A stretch of DNA of 41,503 nucleotides from a virus. Taxonomy: Duplodnaviria > Caudoviricetes. Each line of letters opens with the position of its first letter. Within the stretch, counting starts at the first letter, position 1. The DNA is taken from positions 1-41,503 of the IMG/VR virus record IMGVR_UViG_3300025147_000024. One strand, given 5' to 3'. The notes under the pieces were generated by a model. It had not been told where the DNA came from. It made no database searches and saw nothing but the letters and a program-made list of their open reading frames with translations. The position numbers and the translations under genes are program-made. Positions 1 to 8,961 of the stretch are shown piece after piece.

Positions 1-565
1 AGACGGAGCCAAAGCTAACGAAGGTTCAGCAGGGGGAGGCATGGCGGCTCAGCAGGAAGTCCCATCGGCAACAGCCGAATACATGGACAGGATGAATGGG
101 GTAAAAAAGAAATTAAGTCGGGAAGCGTCAGTGAAATTGCAGAAGAAAATGGAAAAGGAAACTGTCAGCAACAGTGATATTAAAGGCAAATTCACGGCTT
201 CTGAAGAAAAAGCCATTGATCGTTATACATCAATAGAATTTAAAACCATAAACGGGGAGTTAAGATCTGGTAAAATGTCGGCCAAAACAAAAGCAACCGT
301 GGCGAAGATGGACGAAGCGATGAGTAAGAACGTCCTGAAAAGAGATGTTATCGTGTACAGAGGAACGGACGGAAGCCATGGAACGGATAAGGCCTATACG
401 TCTACGAGTACAAATCCTTTAACAGCCGGAAACTTTGCAAGAGGTAATGCAAAAATGCAAGCCTATGTCATACCCAAAGGCACTCATGTTCTGGCCATAG
501 GTGGTGGAGAAGGTGAAATAATATTATCGAGAGGGTTCAACCTGGGTAAGCACAAGATTAAATAA
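1..565 (+). CDS. VIP2/C3-like (R-S-E class) mono-ADP-ribosyltransferase, probably 5'-truncated
   Basis: Motifs AIDRYT..INGELR, VYRG, YTSTS and E-x-E (GEGEIIL). The frame is open upstream of ATG 41 to the window edge (DGAKANEGSAGGGM). Confidence 0.85.
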   Translation, partial: DGAKANEGSAGGGMAAQQEVPSATAEYMDRMNGVKKKLSREASVKLQKKMEKETVSNSDIKGKFTASEEKAIDRYTSIEFKTINGELRSGKMSAKTKATVAKMDEAMSKNVLKRDVIVYRGTDGSHGTDKAYTSTSTNPLTAGNFARGNAKMQAYVIPKGTHVLAIGGGEGEIILSRGFNLGKHKIK

Positions 566-572
566 AACAGTC

Positions 573-1103
573 ATGCTACCTGCTAAAAATAAACCCGCTA
601 AACGTAAACCCAGCAAAAATAAGTCTGGCAAAAAGGTATCTGAAACGAGATTTAATAAAGTCCTTTTCAATATTTCGGAACACGGTATGCCGTGGAAAAA
701 AGCGTTAGAAGGTATTATGTCATCTTACACTTTTAATAAAATGCTTGATTCAGACGAAGAAAGAGCAAAGCGATACGTGCGCGCGTGCGAGAAAAGAGCG
801 GACGTTATTGCTGAACAGGCGCTAAACATAGCTGATGAATTTGGAGATGACATAATAACCTTGCCCGATGGAAGAGAGATCGAAAATCAGCGTGTAATTG
901 GAAGGGACCGTTTAAGGGTTGATACTCGTAAATGGCTTTTATCAAAGATGTACCCTAAGAAATACGGGGATAAGATGAGCACTGAATTAACCGGCAAAGA
1001 TGGAAAGGATCTGCTTACTGGTCCCGATCTAACCAAACTCAGCGATGCAGAATTAAAAATCTATCATGCTTTACTTGTGAAAACCATTGCAACAGCAGAG
1101 TAA
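573..1103 (+). CDS. terS: Terminase small subunit
   Basis: RDRLRVDTRKWLLSKMYPKKYGDK..ELTGKDG signature of Sf6-like TerS; lies directly upstream of TerL. Confidence 0.88.
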   Translation: MLPAKNKPAKRKPSKNKSGKKVSETRFNKVLFNISEHGMPWKKALEGIMSSYTFNKMLDSDEERAKRYVRACEKRADVIAEQALNIADEFGDDIITLPDGREIENQRVIGRDRLRVDTRKWLLSKMYPKKYGDKMSTELTGKDGKDLLTGPDLTKLSDAELKIYHALLVKTIATAE

Positions 1104-2517
1104 CCATATAACCCCCTTGTTAGCTGCCCGTATTGAATTATTCAAGCGTGGTGACTACGACTTCATTGTTACCCAGCAAGGCAAAAAGCACATTAAGCAG
1201 GAGCTTGCATTGCAAACCCTCACCGATCAGGATCATGTTGAATTCCTTTATGGAGGGGCAGCTGGTGGTGCCAAGTCGTGGACCGGTTGTGCCTGGTTGG
1301 CTTTTATGTGTCTGGCTTATCCTGGTACCAAGTGGTTCATTGGCCGTGAATCTCTGAAACGCTTACGGGAATCAACCCTGATAACCTTTTTCAAAGTGTG
1401 CACGAGTTATGGCATCCAACGTGACAAGGTCTTCAAGTACAACGGGCAGGATCACTTCATCGAATTTGAGAACGGATCCCGTATTGACATGCTGGATCTT
1501 CGCTTCCTCCCTTCGGATCCGCTCTATGAACGTTACGGGTCCATCGAATACACGGGCGGCTGGATAGAAGAAGGGGGAGAGATCAACTTCGGGGCTTACG
1601 ACACGCTCAAGACCCGTATTGGCAGGCACATGAACGACTTTTACGGTATTGTCCGTAAACTGTTTATATCCTGTAACCCGAAAAAGAACTGGATGTATAC
1701 CACGTTCTTTAAACCGGCAAAGGATGGCACCCTGCCGTCTCACATGACATATCTTCCCTGCCTGGTGCAGGAAAACCCATTTATCGAAAAGGATTATATC
1801 AAAGCCCTTGAGTCAACAACCGATAAGGTCAAAAAGGAACGATTACTAAAAGGCAATTGGGAATATGATGACAATCCAAATGCCCTGTGTGCTTACGATA
1901 CCCTACTGGCGATATTCGGTAACGATCTGGCCAAGAAAACGGGTAAGAAGTATATCACTGCCGACATTGCACGTTTCGGGTCAGACAAAGCACGTATTGG
2001 GGTTTGGGATAATTGGACAATAATTGAAACGTTGTCCTTTGACGTCAGCAAAACTACTGAAATTCAGACCGCGATTAATCATCTGAGGCAAAAACACAAG
2101 ATCTCGAAGATGCGATCCATCGGAGACGAAGACGGCGTGGGAGGTGGTGTGATTGACAATTGCGGTATCAGGGGCTTCAGCAACGGGGGCCGACCTTTCG
2201 AGGGTGAGAACTTCAAGAACCTACAAACCCAGTGCGGATATAAGCTGGCTGAGCGGATCAACAACAATGATGTTGGCTTTGAGGCTGAAATCACTGAGGA
2301 AGAAAAGGAGAATATCGTTATTGAACTCGAACAGCTGCAGACGTGGGAAGCTGACTCAGACGGAAAGCTGAAATTAAAACCAAAGGAAGAAATCAAAAAG
2401 GATATTGGCCACTCTCCGGATTGGCGCGATTTATTCCTGATGCGGGCCTTCTTCGATTACGACGATGTGGATATACCGCAAAACATCACACGTGAAATGT
2501 TGGGCTTCGGAATGTAA
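1087..2517 (+). CDS. terL: Terminase large subunit (PBSX/Terminase_3-like)
   Basis: Walker A YGGAAGGAKS, Walker B GWIEE, coupling motif SCNP, nuclease motifs ADIARFGSD and HSPD. Start codon uncertain (TTG). Confidence 0.95.
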   Translation: MQQQSNHITPLLAARIELFKRGDYDFIVTQQGKKHIKQELALQTLTDQDHVEFLYGGAAGGAKSWTGCAWLAFMCLAYPGTKWFIGRESLKRLRESTLITFFKVCTSYGIQRDKVFKYNGQDHFIEFENGSRIDMLDLRFLPSDPLYERYGSIEYTGGWIEEGGEINFGAYDTLKTRIGRHMNDFYGIVRKLFISCNPKKNWMYTTFFKPAKDGTLPSHMTYLPCLVQENPFIEKDYIKALESTTDKVKKERLLKGNWEYDDNPNALCAYDTLLAIFGNDLAKKTGKKYITADIARFGSDKARIGVWDNWTIIETLSFDVSKTTEIQTAINHLRQKHKISKMRSIGDEDGVGGGVIDNCGIRGFSNGGRPFEGENFKNLQTQCGYKLAERINNNDVGFEAEITEEEKENIVIELEQLQTWEADSDGKLKLKPKEEIKKDIGHSPDWRDLFLMRAFFDYDDVDIPQNITREMLGFGM

Positions 2518-2536
2518 ACTTATAATAACTAATGAT

Positions 2537-3943
2537 ATGAGCTTGTTAAGTAGTATTTACAATCAGTTTAACGCCCTTGTTGGGCGCAATCAGGAATTCG
2601 ATAAGCTCTTATCAGCTAAAGACATTTCCCGGGTGATCTCTTACATGAATGACAACAGCGCAAAGGTCAATCATGCCATTCAGGAGTATGACGTGCTTTC
2701 GCATGAGATCATGAAACGTCCGGATAAAGTCATTAAGGGCAAAGATGGTCAGTACATCCGCACACAGAAGCGTTGGAGACTCCCTATCCCCTACCAGGTA
2801 TTCATCAATGAGATCGCCCTTGTCTTCCTTTATGGCAGAGCCGTTAAGTGGATGCAGCAAAGCGAGAACACCGAAGAAGCGTTTCAGGCGTTCAAGGACA
2901 TGCTTAAAAGTGTCCGCTTTGATTCAAAGATCCGGCAATGTAAGCGTCTTGCTGGTGCCGAGACTGAAAGCGCTATGCTGTTCAGGGTATTCCGCAATGC
3001 TGAAGGAAAGCCGGACGTGCAGATCCGGGTATTGGCAAAAAGCAAAGGGGATGATATCCGGGCAATGTGGGACCAGTACGAAAAACTGATTACTGCAGGA
3101 TGGGGTTACTACCTCAAAGAAGATGGAGTAATCAATTATCATTTCGATGTCTATACCTCTGACATCATATACCGCTGCACCCGGGCAAACATGGGATGGC
3201 AAGTGGTCGAAGAGCTGAACCCGATTGGCAAGATCCCATTTATCCTATTCAATCAGCCCAAAGAGTGGGATGGAGTCAGTCCAATGATCGAACGTGAAGA
3301 GTATATCGGATCCAGAACAGCGGATGTGAACGATTACTTCTCTGATCCTGCAATCGTGGCCACGGCTGACATTCTGAACAGTATGCCAGAGAAAGAAAGT
3401 GAGTCAAAGATTTACATCACAAAGGAAAAAGCAAGTGTCGAGTATCTTACCTGGGACTCAGCCCCGGAATCAAAGAAGCAGGAAATTGAGTGGCTTGAAA
3501 AACATATCCTCTCCAAGTCATTCACTCCAAACATTGACTTTGACAACATGAAGGGCCTGACCAATGTATCCGGCAAAGCTCTCAAGCAAATGATGATCCT
3601 TGCTGATATCAAAGCGGCTAAGCATAAAGAAATACATGATGAACTACTTGATCGCGTGTCAAGCTTGTGTAAATCCATCCTTGGCAATGTGACCAACTAC
3701 GGTCTGAAGACACAATGTGAGAACCTGATCATTGGTCATGAGTTTCAGGAGCCATTTGGTGAAGATATCAAGGACACGATCGATAACCTGGTTGCCAGCG
3801 TTGAGAACGGAGGCATGAGCACTGAGACATTTGTTGAGCTTAATCCTTTGGTCAAGAATGCAGCTACTGAACTTATCCGACTTGGTGAGGAAAGTGCTAA
3901 AAAGCAAGCTACATCAACTGACATATTCGGACAAGCGAATTAA
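2537..3943 (+). CDS. Portal protein (SPP1 gp6-like)
   Basis: Follows TerL; NPIGKIP, YLTW and NVSGKALK motifs. ATG 2537 (MSLLSS) preferred over the overlapping upstream start. Confidence 0.92.
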   Translation: MSLLSSIYNQFNALVGRNQEFDKLLSAKDISRVISYMNDNSAKVNHAIQEYDVLSHEIMKRPDKVIKGKDGQYIRTQKRWRLPIPYQVFINEIALVFLYGRAVKWMQQSENTEEAFQAFKDMLKSVRFDSKIRQCKRLAGAETESAMLFRVFRNAEGKPDVQIRVLAKSKGDDIRAMWDQYEKLITAGWGYYLKEDGVINYHFDVYTSDIIYRCTRANMGWQVVEELNPIGKIPFILFNQPKEWDGVSPMIEREEYIGSRTADVNDYFSDPAIVATADILNSMPEKESESKIYITKEKASVEYLTWDSAPESKKQEIEWLEKHILSKSFTPNIDFDNMKGLTNVSGKALKQMMILADIKAAKHKEIHDELLDRVSSLCKSILGNVTNYGLKTQCENLIIGHEFQEPFGEDIKDTIDNLVASVENGGMSTETFVELNPLVKNAATELIRLGEESAKKQATSTDIFGQAN

Positions 3944-3945
3944 CC

Positions 3946-5862
3946 ATGGTTAAAATCAACCCTGATAAGTATTTCAAAGATATGTTTGCACGTACGGAGG
4001 GCTATGCCGGTAACGTGCAGCAGATCTATGCCGGTGCCATAACTCAGCTGACAGAGTTAGCGATAGCATTCAAGCCCAAAGAGGGGGAAACCTTTTCTTT
4101 TGATGCCAATGAGAAGATGAAGGGCAAGGCTACGAACATACTTAGAACAATGAACGCCAAAGTGTACGGCGCTATTCAGGGCGGAGTAAAAGCAGAGTGG
4201 ACACAATCAAATATCAAGAATGATAAGTTAGTAGCAGCGATTTTTGGCAAAGATGCTTTTGAGAAAAACCACTTTGCACGTTACTTTGATCGCAATGAGA
4301 AGGCGATGAATGCCTTTATGGATCGGTCGAAGAAAGAGGGAGGTTTAGGCCTTTCCCAGAAGGTTTGGAACTACACCGGTCAATTAAAAGCTGAACTGGA
4401 AGTAGCTCTCGATCTTGGAATAGGTGAGGGAGGATCAGCAGCCCATATCTCAAAAGCCGTCCGGTCCTATCTCAACGAACCGGACAAGCTGTTTAAGCGG
4501 GTCCAGATAACCACTAAGGATGCTGAGGGCAACATTACCAAAACAGGCCGGTACAAGCTCTCCAAAGCAGCTCAAGCATATCATCCCGGACAAGGGGTAT
4601 ATCGATCATCATATAAAAACGCTATGCGTCTCACGCGAACTGAGACAAACATGGCTTATCTGACAGCTGATCACGAAAGATGGCAGCAGTTTGACTTTGT
4701 CGTTGGGTACGAAGTAAAGCTCTCAAGTAATCATCCTGTCACTGACATCTGTAATGACTTTGCGGGCAAATATCCAAAGACTTTCAAGTTTGTTGGCTGG
4801 CACGTTATGTGTCGATGCTTTGTAATTGCGATTTTGTGCACTGAGAAAGAGCTTGATAGCCTGTCAGACGCTTTACTGAACGGTGAAGAACTGAAAGACT
4901 TTAAGTCAATTAATGAAGTAACGGGCGTACCTGATGGATTCACGGGATGGATCGAAGCTAATAAAAAACGTGCTGCAACAGCTAAGTCAATCCCTTATTT
5001 CATCCGGGATAATTTTGTAGAGGGTGACATAACCAAAGGGCTAAGTTTGATCAGGCCAATAGTAGACCCAATTAAGGAAGGGACTAAAATTATTGAATTT
5101 ATCCCGTCTAAAACTATTCAGGAAATAGAACAACGTTACAAAAATGCGGGTTTTACAAGGGTGGATCTTGGCAGGGCAACAATAGAACAGGCCAATATAA
5201 TTTTAGAGCCAATCGAGTTTGAAGCAAAAAGAGGGTTGCTTGAGATAGCTGAAATCAGGCTGCAAAACGGTATAGTATCTTCAGGGCGAAGTGTAAACGG
5301 AATAACAGCGGCTCAATATTGGCAGGCAGATTTAGCGAAGGATCGAATGTTAAAAATAAATTTGGATGCTTTCAAGATTAATACCTATCAACCGTTAAAG
5401 AGCTTTGAAACTGAAATATCTTTAAGAGAATCAAGGATAAACGGATTAAACCAAAGTATTAAAAATTATGAGGATAGATTGGGTCAATCGGCAATGAAGG
5501 ATAAAATCTACAAAAAAGATATCCGTATTGCCAAGAATCAAATATCCAATTATGAGTATGAAATAAGTAAATTGAATAAGCAAATAGAAAATGGGGAGTT
5601 TCCAATACCTCAAAATGTATCAAGCCTATTGAAAGACAAAGCCAGTCAGGTAAAAGCGGACGTAACCCATGAGTTAGGGCACTATTACGATAACATTTCA
5701 GAGGCAACTGGAAAAGGGCTATACAAGGATTACATTAAAGAAATAAGTGTGTATGGAGCATCTGACAAGCAAGAGTATTTTGCTGAATGGTTCGTACAAT
5801 ATCGTTTGCATGGAAGCAAAGGAGTGCCTGAGGATCTACTGAAGATATTCAAGAAGTTTTAA
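3946..5862 (+). CDS. MuF-like head morphogenesis protein with C-terminal zincin metallopeptidase domain
   Basis: Follows portal; RLTRTETNMAY..C..WHVMCRC MuF-type motif; C-terminal HELGH (5668-5682) plus SVYGASDKQEYFAE. Confidence 0.85.
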   Translation: MVKINPDKYFKDMFARTEGYAGNVQQIYAGAITQLTELAIAFKPKEGETFSFDANEKMKGKATNILRTMNAKVYGAIQGGVKAEWTQSNIKNDKLVAAIFGKDAFEKNHFARYFDRNEKAMNAFMDRSKKEGGLGLSQKVWNYTGQLKAELEVALDLGIGEGGSAAHISKAVRSYLNEPDKLFKRVQITTKDAEGNITKTGRYKLSKAAQAYHPGQGVYRSSYKNAMRLTRTETNMAYLTADHERWQQFDFVVGYEVKLSSNHPVTDICNDFAGKYPKTFKFVGWHVMCRCFVIAILCTEKELDSLSDALLNGEELKDFKSINEVTGVPDGFTGWIEANKKRAATAKSIPYFIRDNFVEGDITKGLSLIRPIVDPIKEGTKIIEFIPSKTIQEIEQRYKNAGFTRVDLGRATIEQANIILEPIEFEAKRGLLEIAEIRLQNGIVSSGRSVNGITAAQYWQADLAKDRMLKINLDAFKINTYQPLKSFETEISLRESRINGLNQSIKNYEDRLGQSAMKDKIYKKDIRIAKNQISNYEYEISKLNKQIENGEFPIPQNVSSLLKDKASQVKADVTHELGHYYDNISEATGKGLYKDYIKEISVYGASDKQEYFAEWFVQYRLHGSKGVPEDLLKIFKKF

Positions 5863-5873
5863 TAAAAAAGGAA

Positions 5874-5903
5874 TTGTTTTTTGCATAAATTTTTATATAT
5901 TTA
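5874..5903 (+). promoter_or_regulatory. Bacteroidota sigma-70-type promoter for the leader RNA and HNH gene
   Basis: TTG (5874-5876), 19-nt spacer, TATATTTA (5896-5903; one mismatch to TAnnTTTG). Confidence 0.55.
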
Positions 5904-5909
5904 CAAAGC

Positions 5910-6002
5910 AGAATCACGGTGGAGCGTGGTTTTAAAAGAAACTGGCACTTTGCCATAAAACCCATTTTGTCACAGGCTCCACCCTGTCTCAGATGGGTTT
6001 TT
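5910..6002 (+). ncRNA. Structured leader RNA with kissing loops; the last hairpin is terminator-like
   Basis: Hairpin 5910-5933 (loop GTGGAG), small hairpin 5943-5955, long hairpin 5957-6001 (loop CTCCAC) ending in a U-tract. The two loops are exact reverse complements. Confidence 0.65.
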
Positions 6003-6013
6003 AATATTAAGCA

Positions 6014-6499
6014 ATGAAAGAGATTAAACTGGATAAAGGATTATTTGCTCAGGTAGATGATAAAGACTTCGACTATTTGAATCAATTCAAATGGCACGCT
6101 TCAAATGAATATAGCTCTTATTATGCCGTAAGAACAGCAACCACAGAGGGCAAAAGAACTACTATAAGAATGGCCCGTGTAATAATGGGATTAACTGACC
6201 CAAGGCTAACTGCTGAACACGAGGACAGAAACGGGCTAAACAACCAAAGTTATAATTTAAGGGTCGCAACCAATCAGCAGAATAGCATTAATCAAGTGGG
6301 GGTTAATAAAACCAGTCAGTTTAAAGGCGTATTTTATGACAAAGCCCGGGGAAAGTATATGGCCCAAATTAAGATAAATTACAGATCCACTTTTATTGGG
6401 CGGTATCAGAGCGAAATGGAAGCGGCTAAAGCGTATGACAAGAAAGCGAAAGAGGTATTTGGAGAGTTCGCCTACTTGAATTTCTTGGAGGTGTTATAA
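6014..6499 (+). CDS. HNH endonuclease with C-terminal AP2 DNA-binding domain (homing endonuclease-like)
   Basis: EHEDRNGLNNQSYNLRVAT HNH motif; SQFKGV..YMAQI..IGRY..EAAKAYDKKAKEVFGEFAYLNF AP2 motif. Confidence 0.92.
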   Translation: MKEIKLDKGLFAQVDDKDFDYLNQFKWHASNEYSSYYAVRTATTEGKRTTIRMARVIMGLTDPRLTAEHEDRNGLNNQSYNLRVATNQQNSINQVGVNKTSQFKGVFYDKARGKYMAQIKINYRSTFIGRYQSEMEAAKAYDKKAKEVFGEFAYLNFLEVL

Positions 6500-6508
6500 A
6501 AGAGAGGT

Positions 6509-6928
6509 TTATGATTTCCTCCCTCTTAAAGTATGTTTGCGTTTCACTTCTCCCAATCTGATGATACACTTTTTGTTTTCATACGGACCATCCGACAGGT
6601 CAATAGTGTTTCTCAGGTAATCCAATGTTATACCGATATCATCCACGGTCAAAGTGTCGTATATCGCAGCCTGAGAGCCAAAGTAGTGATGTTTCTTTTT
6701 GCCTTCCAATAGTTCCACGTGATAGAGCTTGTGGATCTGCTTTGTGGCAACCTCCAATTGAGCTGTTATCTCAGCAATTACCTTTTTGCAAGTCTCCATC
6801 TTTGCTTCAACGCTTGCCCGGGAACCCGCGAACACTCCTATCTCAAGTGAGTGCTTTAGTTTCTCCAAGACCGTTGTTGCTTGGAACAATTGGGCTCTAA
6901 GGATTGAGTTATTTGGGTTTGTTGTCAT
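6509..6928 (-). CDS. Hypothetical protein, possible DNA-binding regulator
   Basis: N-terminal coiled coil, then HHYFGSQAAIYDTL (reminiscent of NUMOD1-like HTH) and a basic C-terminus; has its own promoter. Confidence 0.6.
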   Translation of the reverse strand: MTTNPNNSILRAQLFQATTVLEKLKHSLEIGVFAGSRASVEAKMETCKKVIAEITAQLEVATKQIHKLYHVELLEGKKKHHYFGSQAAIYDTLTVDDIGITLDYLRNTIDLSDGPYENKKCIIRLGEVKRKHTLRGRKS

Positions 6929-6944
6929 ACGTCAATTTTTGCGC

Positions 6945-6975
6945 CTAATATAGTGTATATATTTAATACATGCAA
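6945..6975 (-). promoter_or_regulatory. Leftward promoter carrying a 19-bp operator (6955-6973)
   Basis: Minus strand TTG-N20-TATATTAG; spacer nearly identical to that of the 11727-11757 promoter. Confidence 0.7.
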
Positions 6976-6982
6976 CATTTTA

Positions 6983-7192
6983 CTAAAAACAATCTCCAAT
7001 ACTCGATTGAATTGACCAAAAACCCTTAATCTGCTTTTTAGCGCTGTAAGGTTTCCACATCAACAAATAACCAATTGCCCGGATGAGTTTTGAAAGGAGA
7101 TAGAATACATAACCGATAAACAGGAAAGGAAAATAGAGAATGGTAGCGATGAGACGGGCTAAGGCTATTAATTTCAAGTTCTTTGGTTTCAT
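6983..7192 (-). CDS. Small membrane protein
   Basis: Long hydrophobic segment; ATGA-coupled to the upstream gene. Confidence 0.65.
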   Translation of the reverse strand: MKPKNLKLIALARLIATILYFPFLFIGYVFYLLSKLIRAIGYLLMWKPYSAKKQIKGFWSIQSSIGDCF

Positions 7193-7422
7193 TTCTTAGC
7201 CCTCCCGATAATAGTATCGCCAATGTTATATTTCCAACAGGAGTCTTGAAATTCAATATCGTTTGTCCATTGATTGGACCTGTAAACATATCGACAAATA
7301 CCGTCTGGCATTGGCTTGTCACTTCCTGTCAGATATGATTTGGAAATGATGACAGCGTTTTGATTAGGGGGATTGCATCCCATCAAGATGAGAGCAAACA
7401 TTAAAATAGTCAGTTTTTTCAT
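7189..7422 (-). CDS. Small lipoprotein
   Basis: MKK + hydrophobic core + LMGC lipobox-like site. Confidence 0.7.
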   Translation of the reverse strand: MKKLTILMFALILMGCNPPNQNAVIISKSYLTGSDKPMPDGICRYVYRSNQWTNDIEFQDSCWKYNIGDTIIGRAKK

Positions 7423-7616
7423 AAGTCATATTCTCTCAAGGATTCAAGAGCTCTCATCATTGCTACTGTATCGCCTGTAGCGATAGCATCTTCAGCAAGG
7501 ATAATGTCAGCTTTCATAACTGCAGCGGCGTATTGGCCTGCCGGGATCTGCTCATATTCGGCGATTATTTCCCGAACACGGTTCATTTCGGTTTGAAGTC
7601 CTTCGATTAAGTTCAT
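7419..7616 (-). CDS. Hypothetical protein (helical)
   Basis: Translationally coupled within the leftward operon. Confidence 0.7.
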   Translation of the reverse strand: MNLIEGLQTEMNRVREIIAEYEQIPAGQYAAAVMKADIILAEDAIATGDTVAMMRALESLREYDL

Positions 7617-7622
7617 AACTAT

Positions 7623-7778
7623 TTAAGATTTAATGAATTTAAGATTATCAATATGGCAGTAAATCGTTTTACCGGAATCCAGGTAAATGATCAATTTGCC
7701 GTTAATTAAAGCGGTTTTGCTTTTAACATGACCCGATCCTTGCGGAGTGCTAACGATGTATTGAGGCGTAGTGGTCAT
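7623..7778 (-). CDS. Hypothetical 51-aa protein (not in ORF track)
   Basis: MTTTPQYIVSTPQGSGHVKSKTALINGKLIIYLDSGKTIYCHIDNLKFIKS; ATGA overlap with the stop of 7775..8134; fills the gap exactly. Confidence 0.65.
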   Translation of the reverse strand: MTTTPQYIVSTPQGSGHVKSKTALINGKLIIYLDSGKTIYCHIDNLKFIKS

Positions 7779-8134
7779 TTAACCTCTACATGTTCGCCAT
7801 CATCAATCGCACTGAAGTGGGCATTTGGATGCTTGCACTCCACGAATTCAACCAGGCACAGATTAGCACAATCAACAAGGAATTCTTTGTTGCCGGTCTC
7901 TTTATATTTCTCCAAACGTTTCACGATTGAAGCCGTACGATCGTAAGCTGGTTTTCCCTTTGCTTTCAATTTCCCATAACGGATAGATCCCATCATGAGC
8001 CGGTTTCTCATAAGCTTTTCAAATTCCGGTGACCATTCGGACTCTTGCATTTCTGCAAAAGAAAGATTCAAGGTCTCCGGTAATCCCTTTGAGAGCCGAA
8101 CACGGTTATTGTCGTACCAATTGCGGTCTCTCAT
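7775..8134 (-). CDS. Putative all-alpha (MazG-like) nucleotide pyrophosphatase domain protein
   Basis: RLMMGSIRYG..KEFLVDCANLCLVEF resembles the E-x-x-D-x-A-N helix; adjacent to thyX. Confidence 0.5.
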   Translation of the reverse strand: MRDRNWYDNNRVRLSKGLPETLNLSFAEMQESEWSPEFEKLMRNRLMMGSIRYGKLKAKGKPAYDRTASIVKRLEKYKETGNKEFLVDCANLCLVEFVECKHPNAHFSAIDDGEHVEVK

Positions 8135-8135
8135 C

Positions 8136-8807
8136 TCAATAAGTAATATCGTTGAACAGTTCAGGAAGCATTGCTTTCAACTCATCCAGTAAAGGGCACA
8201 TGAGTTCTCTCATTTGTGGATGAGCAGCTTTGGAAGTGCGTTGTTTGAAGATTGTTCTCCATTCCCGGATGTTGGCAGTAACGACAATTTCAGTTTTAAG
8301 CGAATTGGGTAGAACGGATCTGGCTTGTTCCGGCTTCCATTGGCATTTAATAAGCCTGTTGTAATTATTTTCGCTTTCATTCATTACCTGATACCACGCT
8401 TTAGTAGATTCAAGGACCTGCATGAAATTGTGTTCATTCATATGCCTGATAAGATCAATTTGATCAGTTGTGATCCATTCCGGAATAATGAAGGTCAACT
8501 CATTCCCAAATTTGGCATTCGAGTAATTACAATACCTGGTTGACTCCTGAGAGAATGAAGCCAAACGATGACGTACGATCTCATGACTGACTCCACGGTC
8601 ACAAATGAACTTTACGGTGAAGGATTGGTGTTCCAAAACGGACTCATGGCCTCTTGCTAATAGCATTGGGACAAATTTAGAGGCGCTGTCCTCAGTAATC
8701 TTCTCTTCAGACTTGTAGCAGGTCCTTCCTGCTGCTTCGATGTTCTTTAAAAGTTGTATGGGATCTAACTGAGTCAGGATCTCATACGAAGGTCTAATAA
8801 GCTTCAT
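8136..8807 (-). CDS. thyX: Flavin-dependent thymidylate synthase
   Basis: GHESVLEH, RGVSHEIVRHRLASFSQESTRY (RHRx7S motif), ARSVLPN, AHPQMR. Confidence 0.96.
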   Translation of the reverse strand: MKLIRPSYEILTQLDPIQLLKNIEAAGRTCYKSEEKITEDSASKFVPMLLARGHESVLEHQSFTVKFICDRGVSHEIVRHRLASFSQESTRYCNYSNAKFGNELTFIIPEWITTDQIDLIRHMNEHNFMQVLESTKAWYQVMNESENNYNRLIKCQWKPEQARSVLPNSLKTEIVVTANIREWRTIFKQRTSKAAHPQMRELMCPLLDELKAMLPELFNDITY

Positions 8808-8811
8808 AAGA

Positions 8812-8961
8812 TTAAAATGTTAATATCCATTTGATTAATAATACAAGTAAACCACAGCTTGCAAAGAAGCCGACAACAACACCCACAGCAGCAAGGAGCC
8901 TTTTACTATCTTCGATTTGATCCAATCGTCTTCCTTGGCATTCAATTTCTTCGTATTTCAT
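8812..8961 (-). CDS. Small membrane protein, 49 aa (not in ORF track)
   Basis: MKYEEIECQGRRLDQIEDSKRLLAAVGVVVGFFASCGLLVLLIKWILTF; coupled to its neighbours. Confidence 0.6.
   Translation of the reverse strand: MKYEEIECQGRRLDQIEDSKRLLAAVGVVVGFFASCGLLVLLIKWILTF

Noticed and set aside
5882-5900. Possible third copy of the 19-bp palindrome in the HNH promoter
   Set aside because: Only the GCATA half matches; AT-rich background can explain it.
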